From Tubiluchus corallicola (taxonomy: Eukaryota > Animalia > Priapulida): a DNA stretch of 9,427 nt. Shown here in pieces: positions 6,360 through 9,427 of this stretch. A program made the translations under genes and the position numbers. The stretch is taken from assembly GCA_030141605.1 (NCBI GenBank), contig JAQGDQ010002198.1:1-9427 (forward strand), given 5' to 3'. Each line of letters begins with the position of its first letter. The stretch's first letter is position 1. Under the pieces are notes generated by a model, which saw only the letters and a program-made list of their open reading frames with translations, did not search any database and had not been told where the DNA came from.

Positions 6360-8900
6360 TATTATTTGTGATAAATGTTTACCTTTTACCGTACTTGAAG
6401 ATAGGGCAGTGTATGAAAAATCATCCTATCTTCCTTCAATGTTGCATAAAAAGTTGCATACTTTCTAAGGTACATTATACGCTAGTTCGTGGAGCCAAAA
6501 CACAGGTTAATGTTGCATAAAAAGTTGCATACTGTCTAAGGTACATTATACGCAGTTCCTGGAGCCAAAACACAGGTTAATGTTGCATAAAAAGTTGCAT
6601 ACTTTCTAAGGTACATTATACGTAGTTCGTGGAGCCAAAACACAGGTTAATGTTGCATAAAAAGTTGCATACTTTCTAAGGTACATTATACGTAGTTCGT
6701 GAAGCCAAAACACAGGTTAATGTTGCATAAAAAGTTGCATACTTTCTAAGGTACATTATACGTAGTTTGGAGCCAAAACAGAGGTTAATGTTGCATAAAA
6801 AGTTGCGTACTTTCTAAGATAAATTATACGCTAGTTCGTGAAGCCAAAACACAGGTTAATGTTGCATAAAAAGTTGCATACTTTCTAAGGTACATTATAC
6901 GTAGTTCGTAGAACCAAAACGTTGGTTAATGTTGCATAAAAAGTTGCATACTGTCTAAGGTACATTATACGCTAGTTCGTGGAGCCAAAACACAGGTTAA
7001 TGTTGCATAAAAAGTTGCATACTTTCTAAGGTACATTATACGTAGTTCGTGAAGCCAAAACACAGGTTAATGTTGCATAAAAAGTTGCATACTTTCTAAG
7101 GTACATTATACGTAGTTTGGAGCCAAAACAGAGGTTAATGTTGCATAAAAAGTTGCGTACTTTCTAAGATAAATTATACGCTAGTTCGTGAAGCCAAAAC
7201 ACAGGTTAATGTTGCATAAAAAGTTGCATACTTTCTAAGGTACATTATACGTAGTTCGTAGAACCAAAACGTTGGTTAATGTTGCATAAAAAGTTGCATA
7301 CTGTCTAAGGTACATTATACGCTCGTTCGTGGAGCCAAAACACAGGTTAATGTTGCATAAAAAGTTGCATACTGTCTAAGGTACATTATACGCAGTTCGT
7401 GGAACCAAAACAGAGGTTAATGTTGCATAAAAAGTTGCATACTTTCTAAGGTACATTATACGCTAGTTCGTGGAGCCAAAACAGAGGTCAATGTTGCATA
7501 AAAAGTTGCATACTTTCTAAGGTAAATTATACGTAGTTCGTGAAGCCAAAACACAGGTTAATGTTGCTTAAAAAGTTGCATACTTTCTAAGGTAAATTAT
7601 ACGTAGTTCGTGAAGCCAAAACACAGGTTAATGTTGCTTAAAAAGTTGCATACTTTCTAAGGTACATTATATGCAGTTCGTGAAGCCAAAACACAGGTTA
7701 ATGTTGCATAAAAAGTTGCATACTGTCTAAGGTACATTATACGCAGTTCGTGGAACCAAAACAGAGGTTAATGTTGCATAAAAAGTTGCATACTTTCTAA
7801 GGTACATTATATGCAGTTCGTGAAGCCAAAACACAGGTTAATGTTGCATAAAAAGTTGCATACTTTCTAAGGTACATTATACGTAGTTCTTGGAACCAAA
7901 ACATAGGTTAATGTTGCTTAAAAAGTTGCATACTTTCTAAGGTACATTATACGCTAGTTCTTGGAACCAAAACGTTGGTTAATGTTGCTTAAAAAGTTGC
8001 ATACTTTCTAAGGTACATTATACGCTAGTTCTTGGAACCAAAACGTTGGTTAATGTTGCTTAAAAAGTTGCATACTTTTTAAGGTACATTATACGTCGTT
8101 CGTGGAGCCAAAACACAGGTTAATGTTGCATAAAAAGTTGCGTACTTTCTGAGGTAAATTATACGCTAGTTCGTGGAGCCAAAACACAGGTTAATGTTGC
8201 TTAAAAAGTTGCATACTTTCTAAGGTACATTATATGCAGTTCGTGGAGCCAAACACAGTTAATGTTGCATAAAAAGTTGCATATCTAAGGTTCATTATAC
8301 GTAGTTCTTGGAGACCAAAACATAGGTTAATGTTGCTTAAAAAGTTGCATACTTTCTAAGGTACATTATACGCTAGTTCTTGGAACCAAAACGTTGGTTA
8401 ATGTTGCATAAAAAGTTGCATACTGTCTAAGGTACATTATACGCAGTTCGTGGAACCAAAACAGAGGTTAATGTTGCATAAAAAGTTGCATACTTTCTAA
8501 GGTACATTATATGCACTTTAGTTATAGGCAACTATGTGGAAACTAAAACGACAACGTGCACATTAGGTTGTAAATAACTTTACAGAAGTGGGTTTAGCAT
8601 CTTCCAGACATGACTGCTAAAGGATTAACCTATCAGACACACCAAGAAGACCTTAGGTCGATCAAGTAACGATCCAGACAGCACTGAAACCTTTTTCGCC
8701 ATGATTTATCGATAAAAACTTTACCTGTTGGCAAATTCTTCAATGATTTATGTTTACGTCGGCTCCTCTAGGCATCTTATGCCCATATGGCACTCAACCT
8801 AATATTTGAAAAAATGCTGCTATTAGTCTGAGTGTCGTAAATTACAAAGGCGGACGTCTTTTTTGCAAAAATGTTGCCGAAATGGAAAAGCTGTTCATTT
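6360..8900 (+). pseudogene. decayed copy 7, interrupted by the 70-bp array
   Basis: LEDRAVYEKSSYLPSMLHKKLHTF* (6394-6468) runs into the first array unit and resembles copy 6 LQKQVAFKK..DLGKIINSRLRMFL. After the array: MWKLKRQRAH*VVNNFTEVG (8534-8593), MTAKG (8610-8624), H*NLFRHD (8682-8705), LPVGKFFNDL, and MALNLIFEKMLLL (8787-8825), similar to copy 5 VTFKVIFTKRLNV. Confidence 0.6.
6438..8515. repeat. 70-bp tandem repeat, 29 full units plus 1 partial
   Basis: Consensus AATGTTGCATAAAAAGTTGCATACTTTCTAAGGTACATTATACGTAGTTCGTGGAGCCAAAACACAGGTT, unit length 68-71 bp. A 5-unit, 350-bp block is duplicated (6649-6998 vs 6999-7348, one mismatch seen). Confidence 0.99.
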
Positions 8901-8999
8901 GATCTGCCGTGTATAACACATTTTTATATAACCACATATTATTATTATCAAAAGACAAAAAAAACATAAGAAACTTTTAGCCATAGTAACCACTGATAA

Positions 9000-9427
9000 A
9001 GAGGCTGCAGGGAAAAGAATTGATATACAGGTGGAGCAACTATTGCAGATGAAATACGTAGAACTAGATTAAGATGCAATGAAATACATAAATTAGTACA
9101 ATCCTACGTACTAATAAGCAAAAACCAAAAACGTACAACAGTAACAAGCAAATCGGCGAGTATTTTTTATATATGTTTGAACAATATCAAATATAACTAT
9201 ATTTTGGTCATGGTTTAGGAGGGAACCACCATTTAAGAGTAAACTTATTAGAGAGTTCAGTATCCAAAAGAATAATGTCAAATGTGGTAATATTAATTAA
9301 GTACAAATTGGATAACTTGTGTATGAGTTGGTCTCTGATTACATTGTTATTAATTATGACATTATTGATTATTCTGCTTTTATGAAAAAATGCATTATAC
9401 CTTTTATTAAAGATTGTGACACCGTGT
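9000..9427 (+). pseudogene. decayed copy 8, runs off the window end
   Basis: LD*DAMKYIN (9064-9093) resembles copy 6 LAFDLGKIIN. LNNIKYNYILVMV*EGTTI (9177-9233) aligns ungapped with copy 5 LKYIKSKNILDLTGEGPTI. IMSNVVILIKYKLDNLCMS (from 9272) resembles IMSARNYLIVYSYMTEHLCLN. DYIVINYDIIDYS (9337-9375) resembles copy 6 DVKVFNYDQAKFS. Confidence 0.7.

Noticed and set aside
6438-8515. CRISPR-like array (conserved ~42 bp plus more variable ~28 bp)
   Set aside because: The variable parts are point variants of one sequence, not unique spacers; no cas genes; the context looks eukaryotic.
8705-8716. DRE-like palindrome TTTATCGATAAA
   Set aside because: Single AT-rich occurrence inside decayed copy 7, with no promoter context.
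9121-9140. 18/20 match to the reverse complement of 1836-1855
   Set aside because: A-rich and low in complexity, and it does not fall at the equivalent position in the protein alignment, so it may be chance.

Overview
AT-rich, eukaryote-like window with no intact gene, RNA gene or CRISPR array that I can support. It contains four unrelated tandem arrays: 30 bp x16 (127-615), 26 bp x30 (~2887-3666), 23 bp x~52 (4091-5334) and 70 bp x~29.6 (6438-8515). Hand translation through stops and frameshifts suggests that most of the apparently unique DNA between them consists of about eight decayed, apparently intronless copies or fragments of one protein-coding unit that I do not recognise. The copies lie on both strands and range from ~78% nucleotide identity to motif-level protein similarity. 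Each array appears to sit inside one of these copies. All alignments were made by eye and need computational confirmation.
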